Origin: a virus
IMG/VR virus record: IMGVR_UViG_3300049215_000519
Location: 1 to 64,000 of that record
Strand: one strand, 5' to 3'
DNA length: 64,000 bases
The translations under genes and the position numbers were made by a program. The notes beneath the pieces were generated by a model. The model had not been told where the DNA came from. It saw nothing but the letters and a program-made list of their open reading frames with translations, and searched no databases. Position 1 is the stretch's first letter. Every line of letters starts with the position of its first letter. Below, in pieces: positions 18,357 through 27,351 of this stretch.

Positions 18357-18541
18357 ATGAGCAACACCACCAACAAGTTCGATGTGACCGATGAAAAGGA
18401 CTACTTCGTCGACGAGGCGCCCACCGTGCCGATGGCTCCTCGCGTCTCTACGGTCGATGACCTGCGCGCTGCGTACGAACGCGATCGCGTGCTGGACCCC
18501 TGCGAGCGTCCAACCAAAGACCTCAAGACTCGGATGCCGTC

Positions 18542-18545
<4 letters not shown>
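18357..18545 (+). CDS. Hypothetical protein
   Basis: ATG overlaps the stop of an 11-codon uORF (18325..18360) that itself follows the conserved leader. Confidence 0.5.
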
Positions 18546-19362
<817 letters not shown>

Positions 19363-19366
<4 letters not shown>

Positions 19367-19713
19367 ACAAGCTCGAATCGCACGGCCTAGACAGGCTCAA
19401 GCATCGTATCGAGCGGCTGCGACGCCTTCTCCAGCTCGAGGCGCCTCCACTGATCGCGAACGAGATCCACATGATCGTCGACGCGATGAAGATGTACTCG
19501 CCAGAGGCCTGGTACAAGGCGCTCAAGCAATCCGAGATGCGCGCGCTCAAGCTCTCGTGCGGGTTCTGCTCGCAGGATGGTTGCGACGAGCGCCGCGACT
19601 ATGACGCCAAGGAGCTATCAGACATGTGCACCAAGCACATCGCCGAGTTCAACGAGATCGCCGAAGACTGCGAAGCTGTTCTCAGCGACGACGACATCGA
19701 GGGCATGTCATGA
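19363..19713 (+). CDS. Hypothetical protein
   Basis: ATGA overlap. ORF track entry. Confidence 0.6.
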
Positions 19714-19925
19714 CCCGCATCAAGCTCATCTGGCGCGGTCCGCGATACGGTGGCGCTCGCTACTACACCGACGGCACGCACGACTGGGGCCACGTGTTCA
19801 AGACAGACGACGGCGAGTGGGGGGCAAGCTGGGCAGGTGGCTTCAGCACGTACAAGACTCGCAAGGAAGCGATTGCTCGCGTCGAGCGAGAGGTCGCACG
19901 TCAACGCAGGAGGAAACAGCGATGA
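19710..19925 (+). CDS. Hypothetical small basic-tailed protein
   Basis: ATGA overlap at 19710. Ends ARQRRRKQR. Confidence 0.5.
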   Translation: MTRIKLIWRGPRYGGARYYTDGTHDWGHVFKTDDGEWGASWAGGFSTYKTRKEAIARVEREVARQRRRKQR

Positions 19926-20173
19926 TCATCATGGGTCTGTTAGCAGGCATCGCGATCGGTCTCGGAGTGCGAAGGCTGTACTACTGGCACGCGCTCAAGG
20001 CGCTGCATCTGAAGTCCGTCAACGTGCGCGACTACGGCGCGGTCGGCGATGGCGTGACCGACGACTCGGCCGCGTTCGCGGCAGCCAACCGAGTCGCCGC
20101 CGAGGAAGGCAAGATCACGTACGTGCCACCCGGCAACTACAAGCTCGGCCGCAAGATTCGGAGGCATCGATGA
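19922..20173 (+). CDS. TM-anchored fragment carrying only the N-terminal motif of pectate-lyase-fold depolymerases
   Basis: MIIMGLLAGIAIGLG is a TM segment. NVRDYGAVGDGVTDDSAAFAAAN is the hallmark start of beta-helix tailspike/pectate_lyase_3 proteins. The ORF stops after 83 aa. Confidence 0.5.
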   Translation: MIIMGLLAGIAIGLGVRRLYYWHALKALHLKSVNVRDYGAVGDGVTDDSAAFAAANRVAAEEGKITYVPPGNYKLGRKIRRHR

Positions 20174-20358
20174 GCCGTCTCGCCGATGCAAACGAAGATC
20201 TGAACCTGGCAATGACTCGCCTACAGAGCATCGCCGGACGCTCAGATGGTGCTGTCGCCGAGGCCCTATTCGAGGTTGTCCGAGTGCTCGGAAACCTGGC
20301 CGTCACACACGCGATGATCTACGACCTGCTCGTGCACGGAACGACAGAGAAGTCATGA
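20170..20358 (+). CDS. Hypothetical protein
   Basis: ATGA overlap. In-frame tail of ORF 19750..20358. Confidence 0.45.
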   Translation: MSRLADANEDLNLAMTRLQSIAGRSDGAVAEALFEVVRVLGNLAVTHAMIYDLLVHGTTEKS

Positions 20359-20534
20359 CGGACGATCGAGACGACGTTCTCGCCTTCGCACGCGCGGAGA
20401 TGAAGTACCCACGCAGCAACGTGTGGTCGCAGCTGTGCACGCTCGTACTCCGCTCAAGAGGAAGAGCTGCAACGGCTTCGCAGGCCGCCCGCGTTCAACT
20501 CGGGGGGCGGCTGTTCGCAGTAGGTTGTGATTAG
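20355..20534 (+). CDS. Hypothetical 59-aa protein
   Basis: ATGA overlap with the upstream stop. Below the ORF-track size cut-off. Its 3' end runs into the 15-bp inverted repeat. Confidence 0.3.
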   Translation: MTDDRDDVLAFARAEMKYPRSNVWSQLCTLVLRSRGRAATASQAARVQLGGRLFAVGCD

Positions 20535-20554
20535 TAGTCACTAATCACAACCTA
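20521..20554. repeat. Perfect 15-bp inverted repeat with 4-nt spacer (terminator hairpin or operator)
   Basis: TAGGTTGTGATTAGT-agtc-ACTAATCACAACCTA. A second palindrome, GTTTAC-tgt-GTAAAC, follows at 20557..20571. Lies in the 72-nt gap before gene 20607. Confidence 0.8.
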
Positions 20555-20606
20555 ATGTTTACTGTGTAAACCTACGAAGTTCTCTGACCACTGACCTGGA
20601 GACGCC

Positions 20607-20789
20607 ATGACCACGAGCACGTTCACAATTGGGAAGAAGACCCCCAAGGGCACCAATCCAAATCCGATGCGAGTTGCGACCAAGCACAAGCGAGTCGCGT
20701 ACGGCAAGGAGCTGCAAGCCAAGGCAGCTACGCGCCACGCGCGCCGGGCGGCTCGCATGGCCAAGTCTACTCAAGGCTTGCTGAGATGA
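20607..20789 (+). CDS. Small basic protein
   Basis: GGAG lies 5 nt upstream of the ATG. K/R-rich 60 aa. Confidence 0.5.
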   Translation: MTTSTFTIGKKTPKGTNPNPMRVATKHKRVAYGKELQAKAATRHARRAARMAKSTQGLLR

Positions 20790-21094
20790 GTTCGCGTGCC
20801 AAGCATCCAGACCTACCCGATCTCGACAAACTCGTGATCGGTAGGGTGTACAAGCTGCGCTGCCGCAACCTCGAGTACGGCGTGTTCGACGGTGGCGATG
20901 GCTTCATCGGCATCCGCACCAAATTCGGTCGGCGCTTCCTCGACACCGAGCATCACTGGGACATCGGCATGCACGGCACCGTCGCCAACGCAACCGACAC
21001 CAGCATCGACGTGCCTGCAGGGATTCCGCTTGTCATCGGGAACAACTCGGCGCTGTTCGTGTTCCTCGACACTCTCGAGGTGAGGTTGCAATGA
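20786..21094 (+). CDS. Hypothetical protein
   Basis: ATGA overlap. ORF track entry. Confidence 0.6.
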   Translation: MSSRAKHPDLPDLDKLVIGRVYKLRCRNLEYGVFDGGDGFIGIRTKFGRRFLDTEHHWDIGMHGTVANATDTSIDVPAGIPLVIGNNSALFVFLDTLEVRLQ

Positions 21095-21465
21095 CGCTCA
21101 AGACGCTGACTGGCGGCAACAACGAAGCGATCGAGTTCGCGATCAGCGTGCTCAAAACCAACCTCAACGGCTGGATGACATCGTCCACCGATCCGACGAT
21201 CATCGAGTTCGTGCGGCGGAGTCGAGAGTCGATCACCGTGCTCGAGGACATCCTCGAGACGATCCAAGGAGTGCCGACCCGTCTGCAGCAGGACGAAGAG
21301 ATCCTGAAGTTGCGCGCCGGGCTCGGAACCGCAGTTGGTATCGGCGACAAGCTCGTGCGAGATCTCTACGCCCGCTTGCGGCTTGGAGAGGACTTTGAGG
21401 CCTCTGAGGAGATTCGCAAGAAGCATCTGCAGCTGCTCGCCCTGCGAAAGGATTTCCTCCGATGA
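21091..21465 (+). CDS. Hypothetical protein
   Basis: ATGA overlap. ORF track entry. Confidence 0.6.
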   Translation: MTLKTLTGGNNEAIEFAISVLKTNLNGWMTSSTDPTIIEFVRRSRESITVLEDILETIQGVPTRLQQDEEILKLRAGLGTAVGIGDKLVRDLYARLRLGEDFEASEEIRKKHLQLLALRKDFLR

Positions 21466-22406
21466 GCCAGAGCGTGCTTCATCAGATCCTCGAAAGGGGC
21501 TCGTTCTCGCCGACGACGCGATACAAGTACGGTCGGGTGATCGATGCATGGCTACGATTTGCCGGTACCGATCCCAAGGGCTGGACACGCAAGGCTGCTC
21601 AAGCGTTCTACGACGACGCCAAGAAACGTACGTCGGTCCGCTCGGCCAACGTCTACATCGCGAGCCTGCGCTACGTTTCGCGCTGGTACGCAACTCAAGA
21701 GAACGATCCCAGCCTCGAGTTCGCAATCGTACAAACCGGACGAGCACCCTATGTGAAGTCAGCCTCTCGTCGCGCCTTGTCTCGAGAGGAGGCCACACAA
21801 ATTCTCGAGACCTGCGCTCGGTGGTCACCCATTGACCGACGAGACTTTACGTTGATGGTCTTCGGCCTTGAGACTGGCATGCGACGCTCCGGTCTTTCTG
21901 GTTGCAGGTTCGAGAACATCGGCAAGCATCACGACTATCCCTATATCAAAGTCCCGGTCAAGGGAGCCGAGGGACTCCAGACGTGGGACGTGCCGCTCTC
22001 CGAGACGTGCATGCTGGCTCTTGAGAACTGGGCAAGCTGGCTTGGTCATCCTACTCACGGCGCCATTTTCTGTCAGCTCAAACGCCAAGTCACTGCGGGG
22101 CATCTGGTGCATCAACCTGACGTCGGTCTGTCGACGAACATGATCTACAAGATCATCAAGCAGCGTGGCAACGAGGCTGGTGTCAAAGATCTCTTCCCGC
22201 ATGTCTTCCGCCACTCGTTCGTGTCTTGGCGAAAGCTCGCTCAGGTCTCCAACGAAGAGATCGCCTCGATCACGGGGCACACGCCCGACATCGGCTGGAA
22301 AGCAATGTCTGGCTACGTCGACATGGCCGTCGTCGGCAAGAGCGCTCGTCAGACCACACCACCATGGCTCGCTCAGCTCGTAAGCGAGCTGATCAAGAGA
22401 GACTAG
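21462..22406 (+). CDS. int: Tyrosine recombinase / phage integrase
   Basis: ETGMRRSGL (Arg), HVFRHSFVS (HxxR), ITGHT, MSGYV (Tyr). SAM-like N-domain. Confidence 0.85.
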   Translation: MSQSVLHQILERGSFSPTTRYKYGRVIDAWLRFAGTDPKGWTRKAAQAFYDDAKKRTSVRSANVYIASLRYVSRWYATQENDPSLEFAIVQTGRAPYVKSASRRALSREEATQILETCARWSPIDRRDFTLMVFGLETGMRRSGLSGCRFENIGKHHDYPYIKVPVKGAEGLQTWDVPLSETCMLALENWASWLGHPTHGAIFCQLKRQVTAGHLVHQPDVGLSTNMIYKIIKQRGNEAGVKDLFPHVFRHSFVSWRKLAQVSNEEIASITGHTPDIGWKAMSGYVDMAVVGKSARQTTPPWLAQLVSELIKRD

Positions 22407-22408
22407 CC

Positions 22409-22594
22409 ATGAGATACGTTCATGCCGGCAACAACGACCACTGGATCACCAAGATCTCCGACGACGAGTACGCCATCTCGTGGACCTACGACACCAAGCA
22501 CGCGCGACTGCGGTATCCGCGGCGCGTCTCGCGGATCACCAATCGCAAGGGCGCCGAGTTTTTCGCGAAGCGTTGGGGCGTGGAGATGCCGTGA
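22409..22594 (+). CDS. Hypothetical protein
   Basis: ATG 3 nt after the int stop. In-frame tail of ORF 22226..22594. Confidence 0.5.
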   Translation: MRYVHAGNNDHWITKISDDEYAISWTYDTKHARLRYPRRVSRITNRKGAEFFAKRWGVEMP

Positions 22595-22748
22595 GAGGAC
22601 TGACGTGGCTACGCTGGTCTCACCCGATTCAGTGGCCTGCGCTCTGGGCCTTCGACACCGGCAACTCGCGCGCGTACTGGGTCTGGACCTACCGCGTGTG
22701 GAACGGCTTCTCGTACTATCGCGAAGACACCTGGCGCTCGTGCTAGCT

Positions 22749-22769
22749 GTCAGACCCGTCCGCTATCTT
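22749..22769 (+). promoter_or_regulatory. GTCAGACC-N7-TANNNN element (copy 3)
   Basis: GTCAGACCCGTCCGCTATCTT, then 11 nt, then ATG at 22781. Confidence 0.4.
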
Positions 22770-22780
22770 CGGAGTGCCTC

Positions 22781-22936
22781 ATGAAGTCCAAGCGGCTCGC
22801 AGCATACATGGCTCAAGATCGACCCCTGCTCGCCACGATGGCGAGCAACATGAGCACCGTGCAGGCCATCGGCTCGCGCGCCGCGATCAACCGCGCTCGA
22901 GAGATCCTCGGATTGCTCGACGGGGAAATCAAGTGA
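22781..22936 (+). CDS. Hypothetical 51-aa protein
   Basis: Starts 11 nt after the motif hexamer. Its stop overlaps the GTG of the next gene (GTGA). Confidence 0.4.
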   Translation: MKSKRLAAYMAQDRPLLATMASNMSTVQAIGSRAAINRAREILGLLDGEIK

Positions 22937-23409
22937 TCTCGAGGTTCGCCAACGTCGGCCTGCAGCTGCTCGATGGTCTACGCGATCACATCCTCGGGCT
23001 GTGGAAGTCGGGCATCCCGAGCTACCCGTCGATGAACGTCGACGGCTGGAAGACCGACGAGAAGTTCTTCGAGTCGGACAACGCAGCCGTACAAGGCCTT
23101 CGGCGTGAACTCTCGCGGCTCATGCTTGGCCTCAACTTCGATGGGTGGGCGATGGTCAACACGCAAGGCTGTCAGCATCCGCGCCACCAGCACACCAACG
23201 TGTTGCTCTCGGGCGTGTACTACGTCGACCCGGGCGACCCACCCACTTCGACGGTGTTCGACGACATTGGTCTGCCGTACGCGCCAATCGTGCATCCTGG
23301 CGTCTTCATCACGTTCCCCGAAGGCGTGTGGCACCAAGTTCCGGTCTACCGCGGCACAAGGCCGCGCATCACCATCGTGATCAACGCCAAGAAAGAACTC
23401 AACCGATGA
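22933..23409 (+). CDS. 2OG-Fe(II) oxygenase-like protein (2OG-FeII_Oxy_5-like)
   Basis: HPRHQHTNVLLSGVYYVDPG and FPEGVWHQVPVYRGTRPRITIVIN fit the H.H...SGVYY / H.V....R.S..FN pattern. Confidence 0.5.
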   Translation: MISRFANVGLQLLDGLRDHILGLWKSGIPSYPSMNVDGWKTDEKFFESDNAAVQGLRRELSRLMLGLNFDGWAMVNTQGCQHPRHQHTNVLLSGVYYVDPGDPPTSTVFDDIGLPYAPIVHPGVFITFPEGVWHQVPVYRGTRPRITIVINAKKELNR

Positions 23410-23428
23410 AGATTCAGAAAGAGACACC

Positions 23429-23836
23429 ATGAGAAACGTACTGCTGGTTCTACTCGTCGCGTGTGGAGACAACGTCTCCGTCAAGCCAGATGCTGCGCCC
23501 GACGCAGCCGTCGCCGTGGACGCATCGCCCGACGCGCTGCCGATTCCCGTCGGAGCCCACACCTGGCAGTGGGCGTGGGACTACTACGCAACCGCGTGGT
23601 GCGCCTGGTACGATGGATGCGACCCGGCCAACTTCGCCGTGTACTACGGCACCCTCTCCGAGTGCGTCGACGCGAACTCCGGTTTCTGCGACGGAGATCT
23701 CGGCTACACGCAGTGCAAGATGGAGTACCCGCCCGAACGCGAGCCGATCATCATGCAGTGCGCGGCCGACTTCCTCGCGCTCGCGTGCGATGCATACCCC
23801 GACGTTCCCAGCTGCGACCAAGCCTTCGCCCCATAG
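23429..23836 (+). CDS. Cys-rich putative lipoprotein
   Basis: MRNVLLVLLVACGDN is a lipobox. The mature part has 10 Cys and a PDAAPDAAVAVDASPDA linker. Confidence 0.6.
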   Translation: MRNVLLVLLVACGDNVSVKPDAAPDAAVAVDASPDALPIPVGAHTWQWAWDYYATAWCAWYDGCDPANFAVYYGTLSECVDANSGFCDGDLGYTQCKMEYPPEREPIIMQCAADFLALACDAYPDVPSCDQAFAP

Positions 23837-23845
23837 GAGATCACG

Positions 23846-24037
23846 ATGTCCGATCCAGTTGTCTGCTGGCCCCAGAACGAGCCGTACAACAAGCTCGTCG
23901 TCGACGTCCGATCGATTGGTGGCAACACCGTCTCGCTCAAGATCGGTCCGTTGCCGTTCGAGATCTCGGCCGACGCTGCAGTTGAGCTGGCAGCTCAACT
24001 TTCAGTTGCCACCTTGAATTCTAGGACCCAACCGTGA
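23846..24037 (+). CDS. Hypothetical protein
   Basis: GGAG lies upstream. ORF track entry. Confidence 0.45.
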   Translation: MSDPVVCWPQNEPYNKLVVDVRSIGGNTVSLKIGPLPFEISADAAVELAAQLSVATLNSRTQP

Positions 24038-24110
24038 TCCCGATCGGGAAGGGGTCCACCATGCCTCAGCCGGTTACGTTCGCCGACTTACCGATCGGGA
24101 AGGATTGCCC

Positions 24111-25052
24111 ATGACAAATTTACTCGAAGCTTGTAATCGACTCGATGCAGCCCTGGCCGACAATCTCATCATCCGAAATCAGTGGACAAGCGAGCAGGAT
24201 GGCAAACACCTCGCCTGCCTACTTGCCACGATTGCACCAGAATGTGGAGAACAAAAAACCGCGGATGTTTGCCCCGCGACAGTGATGCCGAGCTGGTTGG
24301 CCCATTTGACTCCCTGGATCGATGACGCTGGCAGCAATAGTCAATGGTCAGAAGTCCTCAAAGAATATGCTCATCTGCTACGCGCATCGACCAAACTCTT
24401 ACCGGAGCAATGGCGTCGCCTAGACTTTACGATGAGGGCAATCTTCGTTCGTGAGGCTAGAAGTTATACTACCAATATAGCAGTTCTTTCAGCCGTTGAT
24501 GGGGTTCTGCTCCTTCTAGACCGCGCCAAGACTGGGGAAGCCGTAACCGCACAAGAATGGGCGAGGGTGGCGGAGGCGGCGGCGAGGGCGGCGATGGCGG
24601 CGTGGGCGGCGGCGAGGGCGGTGGCGAGGGCGGCGTGGGCGGTGGCGGAGGCGGCGGCGAGGGCGGTGAGGGCGGCGTGGGCGGCGGAGGCGGCGGCGAG
24701 GGCGGCGACGGCGGCGGCGGCGTGGGCGGCGAGGGCGGCGGAGGCGGCGGCGAGGGCGGCGACGGCGGCGGATCGTATGATCTTACAGATTTTTGCGGCG
24801 TGGCATAACGCAATAATTTCCCCTGTCACGTTCGCGGAGCTGCCGATCGGGAAGGCTTTCAGGCTCGTCCCACGCCCACACGGGTGGTCGGGCGGCAAGA
24901 TGGTGAAGCTCGAGAAGATGCCCGGGTGGGCCATGCCCGAGGGCTGGGACTTCGTCCTCGCTGATGACCCAGAGGCTCAGGCCTTTACTGTCGAGGTCTT
25001 GGACGAGCCCCCGCAGCTGCCAATGGGGCTGCCCTCGCTCGGCGAGGGATGA
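24111..25052 (+). CDS. Ala/Trp heptad-repeat protein (paralogue 2)
   Basis: ATG at 24111 (the track starts at TTG 24105). AVTAQEWARVAEAAARAAMAAWAAARAVARAAWAVAEAA... is followed by a distinct C-domain. Confidence 0.7.
   Translation: MTNLLEACNRLDAALADNLIIRNQWTSEQDGKHLACLLATIAPECGEQKTADVCPATVMPSWLAHLTPWIDDAGSNSQWSEVLKEYAHLLRASTKLLPEQWRRLDFTMRAIFVREARSYTTNIAVLSAVDGVLLLLDRAKTGEAVTAQEWARVAEAAARAAMAAWAAARAVARAAWAVAEAAARAVRAAWAAEAAARAATAAAAWAARAAEAAARAATAADRMILQIFAAWHNAIISPVTFAELPIGKAFRLVPRPHGWSGGKMVKLEKMPGWAMPEGWDFVLADDPEAQAFTVEVLDEPPQLPMGLPSLGEG
24540..24771 (+). repeat. GC-rich coding repeat (period 21 nt), paralogous to 18977..19312
   Basis: Same GCCGTAACCGCACAAGAATGGGCG entry, followed by GCGGCG/GAGGCG/TGGGCG units. 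Confidence 0.8.
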
Positions 25053-25064
25053 TAAGCTAACTGC

Positions 25065-25823
25065 ATGATCTCCCTAGGCGGCTCGTTTGCAGCCCTTCCG
25101 ATGATGACTCGAGCATCCGCCGCAGCACCCGCGATGGCACCAGCCTCACAGATCCAAAACACGCGACCGATCGCCCCGATGTTCACGCCCGCGCTGCTAA
25201 CCAAGGCGCCTGACGCGTCCCATCCGACGTTGTGCTCATCGCTGTGCCCGAACGCCAAGCTGCACTGCCAAGCCGACGGCACGTGCTTGTGCCCCTCGGG
25301 GCAGCTCTGCTACAACCCGCCTCCGTCGACGCTGCCGCCCCCACTATACACCGATCCAGCGGGGAATACATGTCCCCCGAGCGCGGTCGACGGCAGCGGC
25401 TACTGCCCGCAGCTCTCGAGCGGCACGCAGCATCCGTACACCGATCCCAACGGCGTGACCTGCTACCCCGACCAGCTCGACGGCTACGGCTACTGCCCGG
25501 GATCGCTGCAGCCCGCCACCGATGGTGGGGGCTACACCACGCAGCCCGTGCCGGTCTCGCCACAGCCGATCTTCGTGCCGCAGCCGCCGGTCTCTCCGCA
25601 GCCGATGTACACGACGCCCTCTGCGCCATCGCCCGACGACGGCAGCCAGTACGCGTCGTCGCAGGTACCCGCGCCCGGCATGCTCGTTCCGGTGTCGACG
25701 GCCTCGCCATACGCGTGGTCGCAGCTGTCGACGATGGCGAAGATCGCGGTCGTGCTTCTCGGGGTCGGCGTGGTCGGTGGCGGGTACTACATGATCAAGC
25801 GTCGGCGCAGGGCGGCTGCGTAG
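25065..25823 (+). CDS. Pro/Cys-rich tail-anchored protein
   Basis: Two YTDPxGxTC.P...DG.GYCP repeats and PQP-rich stretches. C-terminal TM helix (IAVVLLGVGVVGGGYYMI) then KRRRRAAA. Confidence 0.6.
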   Translation: MISLGGSFAALPMMTRASAAAPAMAPASQIQNTRPIAPMFTPALLTKAPDASHPTLCSSLCPNAKLHCQADGTCLCPSGQLCYNPPPSTLPPPLYTDPAGNTCPPSAVDGSGYCPQLSSGTQHPYTDPNGVTCYPDQLDGYGYCPGSLQPATDGGGYTTQPVPVSPQPIFVPQPPVSPQPMYTTPSAPSPDDGSQYASSQVPAPGMLVPVSTASPYAWSQLSTMAKIAVVLLGVGVVGGGYYMIKRRRRAAA

Positions 25824-25825
25824 CC

Positions 25826-26050
25826 ATGGCGATCGACGTCAAGTACAGCTGCTTCGAGTGCGGGCTCTACGAAGTCGTATGCAAGGTGAACGCTCGGCAG
25901 CCCGGCGAAGACGTGCTCGTGTGGCTCAAGAAGCTCTCGCAAGCGCTCGCCGATGATCACGCCAGACGAAGCCCGAACTGCCGGCCACTCTCGTTCTCCA
26001 ACGTGATGATCCCCTTCCACGAAGGCTCCGTCGGGACGATGCCATCGTGA
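25826..26050 (+). CDS. Hypothetical protein with CxxC
   Basis: ATG 3 nt after the upstream stop. YSCFECGLYEVVC. Confidence 0.5.
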   Translation: MAIDVKYSCFECGLYEVVCKVNARQPGEDVLVWLKKLSQALADDHARRSPNCRPLSFSNVMIPFHEGSVGTMPS

Positions 26051-26232
26051 TCAACCGAGCATCTGTGCTCAAGCGCTACGAATGCGGTCATCGCGAGTTC
26101 GCTGGCTGGTCGACGTCGACCATCGTCCAGAAGCCCACAATCGCCTGCAAGGGGCTGTGTACGATGTGTAGGCCTCGACAGCCGGCCTTGACGGAGTGGA
26201 ACTACCAACGGCAAGATTGGGAGACATCATGA
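26047..26232 (+). CDS. Hypothetical protein
   Basis: GTGA overlap. ORF track entry. Confidence 0.4.
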   Translation: MINRASVLKRYECGHREFAGWSTSTIVQKPTIACKGLCTMCRPRQPALTEWNYQRQDWETS

Positions 26233-26537
26233 GCGAAGAGAACGGCGTGAACGGACACCCGATCGAAGTCGTCGTCGAGCCTCCACCACCTCCGACGTAT
26301 AACCCAGAGAAGATCACGGCGCGGCTCGATCCTCGAGACGTAAAGCCCTCGCTGTCGTGCGCGATCGCGTACCTCGAGCAGGTTGGCCCGTGGACGACGT
26401 ACGCATTCCGGCTCGGCATCCTGCAGCTCATCGAGGGCTGCACCAAGGAGCTAACCGAGCCCGACGCAGGCCGCGAGACCGTCGAGAAGCTGCAGCTCCT
26501 CGTGACCTCACTCTCTCATCTCCCCTTCGACCAGTGA
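26229..26537 (+). CDS. Hypothetical protein
   Basis: ATGA overlap at 26229. In-frame part of ORF 26196..26537. Confidence 0.55.
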   Translation: MSEENGVNGHPIEVVVEPPPPPTYNPEKITARLDPRDVKPSLSCAIAYLEQVGPWTTYAFRLGILQLIEGCTKELTEPDAGRETVEKLQLLVTSLSHLPFDQ

Positions 26538-26640
26538 AATCGACCTCCAAGCAGTAGATCTGTGGCAAGCCGAGTGCCTGGTGGGGCTTCGCGTCTGACG
26601 GCCCGTGGACGTGGCTTCCCGATCGCGGCTTCTCGGTCCC

Positions 26641-26877
26641 CTAGACTGGGATGCCGTAGCGGATGCAGAACAGCTGAATCGCGAGCGCCATCGCCTTGGT
26701 GAGCGACGTGCCCACGGTGAGCGAGGCCGGGAAGCTGTCCTCGTGCAGCGCGCCCGTCGGATCGTAGCCACGCACGCGGACCTGCCACACGAACGAGGTG
26801 AGCCCGACCTGGATCTCGAGGCCGTGCCGCTGCATCAGGTCGGTGACCTGCTGCTCGTCGCTCATCACCACGATCAC
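26641..26877 (-). CDS. Hypothetical protein (last gene of the long minus-strand operon)
   Basis: ATGA-type overlap with the upstream gene. ORF track entry. Confidence 0.55.
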   Translation of the reverse strand: MIVVMSDEQQVTDLMQRHGLEIQVGLTSFVWQVRVRGYDPTGALHEDSFPASLTVGTSLTKAMALAIQLFCIRYGIPV

Positions 26878-27074
26878 TTTGGCTTGAGAACCGTCTGGAC
26901 CTTCATCGAGGTCTTGCAGAGCTTCTTCTTGCGGTTCCAGCGCGTCGTCGGGCAGCAGAGCACGACCTTCGTGCCATGCTCTCCGACGGCCTTCGTGCGG
27001 AATGAGCCGTGCGCGCAGTGGCTCGGACTGAACCTGCGCTCGCGGATGAAGTTCTTGGTGACGTCGCGCGGCAT
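26874..27074 (-). CDS. Small basic Cys-containing protein
   Basis: TGATG overlap. HCAHGSF...VVLCCP. K/R-rich. Confidence 0.55.
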   Translation of the reverse strand: MPRDVTKNFIRERRFSPSHCAHGSFRTKAVGEHGTKVVLCCPTTRWNRKKKLCKTSMKVQTVLKPK

Positions 27075-27349
27075 CAGCGTCTCCTCTTCATCACGCGCGA
27101 CACGCCGAGCGCGCCGAGCCCGAGGATGGCAAGCACCACAAGGCCCGTGGTGACGCCTGGATCGTCGCCGAGCCCCATCATAGAGGTACTCGCCTTGTCA
27201 ACGTAGTGCGTGAAGTGAAGATCGTCGACGTGAACCTTGCCGCCCTTCTTCGTGGGCGGAGGTGGTGGGGGTGATAGATCTCTGATGCTAGCCGCGAGAA
27301 TAATAGGGTACTCGATGATCGGAACGCCGAGGCCTTTGAGGATCATCAT
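27074..27349 (-). CDS. Tail-anchored protein, GLGD-TM-KRRR C-terminus
   Basis: Starts MMILKGLG at 27349. Has a PPPPPP stretch. Ends SMMGLGDDPGVTTGLVVLAILGLGALGVSRVMKRRR. Confidence 0.6.
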   Translation of the reverse strand: MMILKGLGVPIIEYPIILAASIRDLSPPPPPPTKKGGKVHVDDLHFTHYVDKASTSMMGLGDDPGVTTGLVVLAILGLGALGVSRVMKRRR

Positions 27350-27351
27350 GG

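Noticed and set aside
24469-24813. 114-aa poly-Pro and 83-aa poly-Gly ORFs
   Set aside because: Same artefact as at 18942..19317, over the second repeat array.
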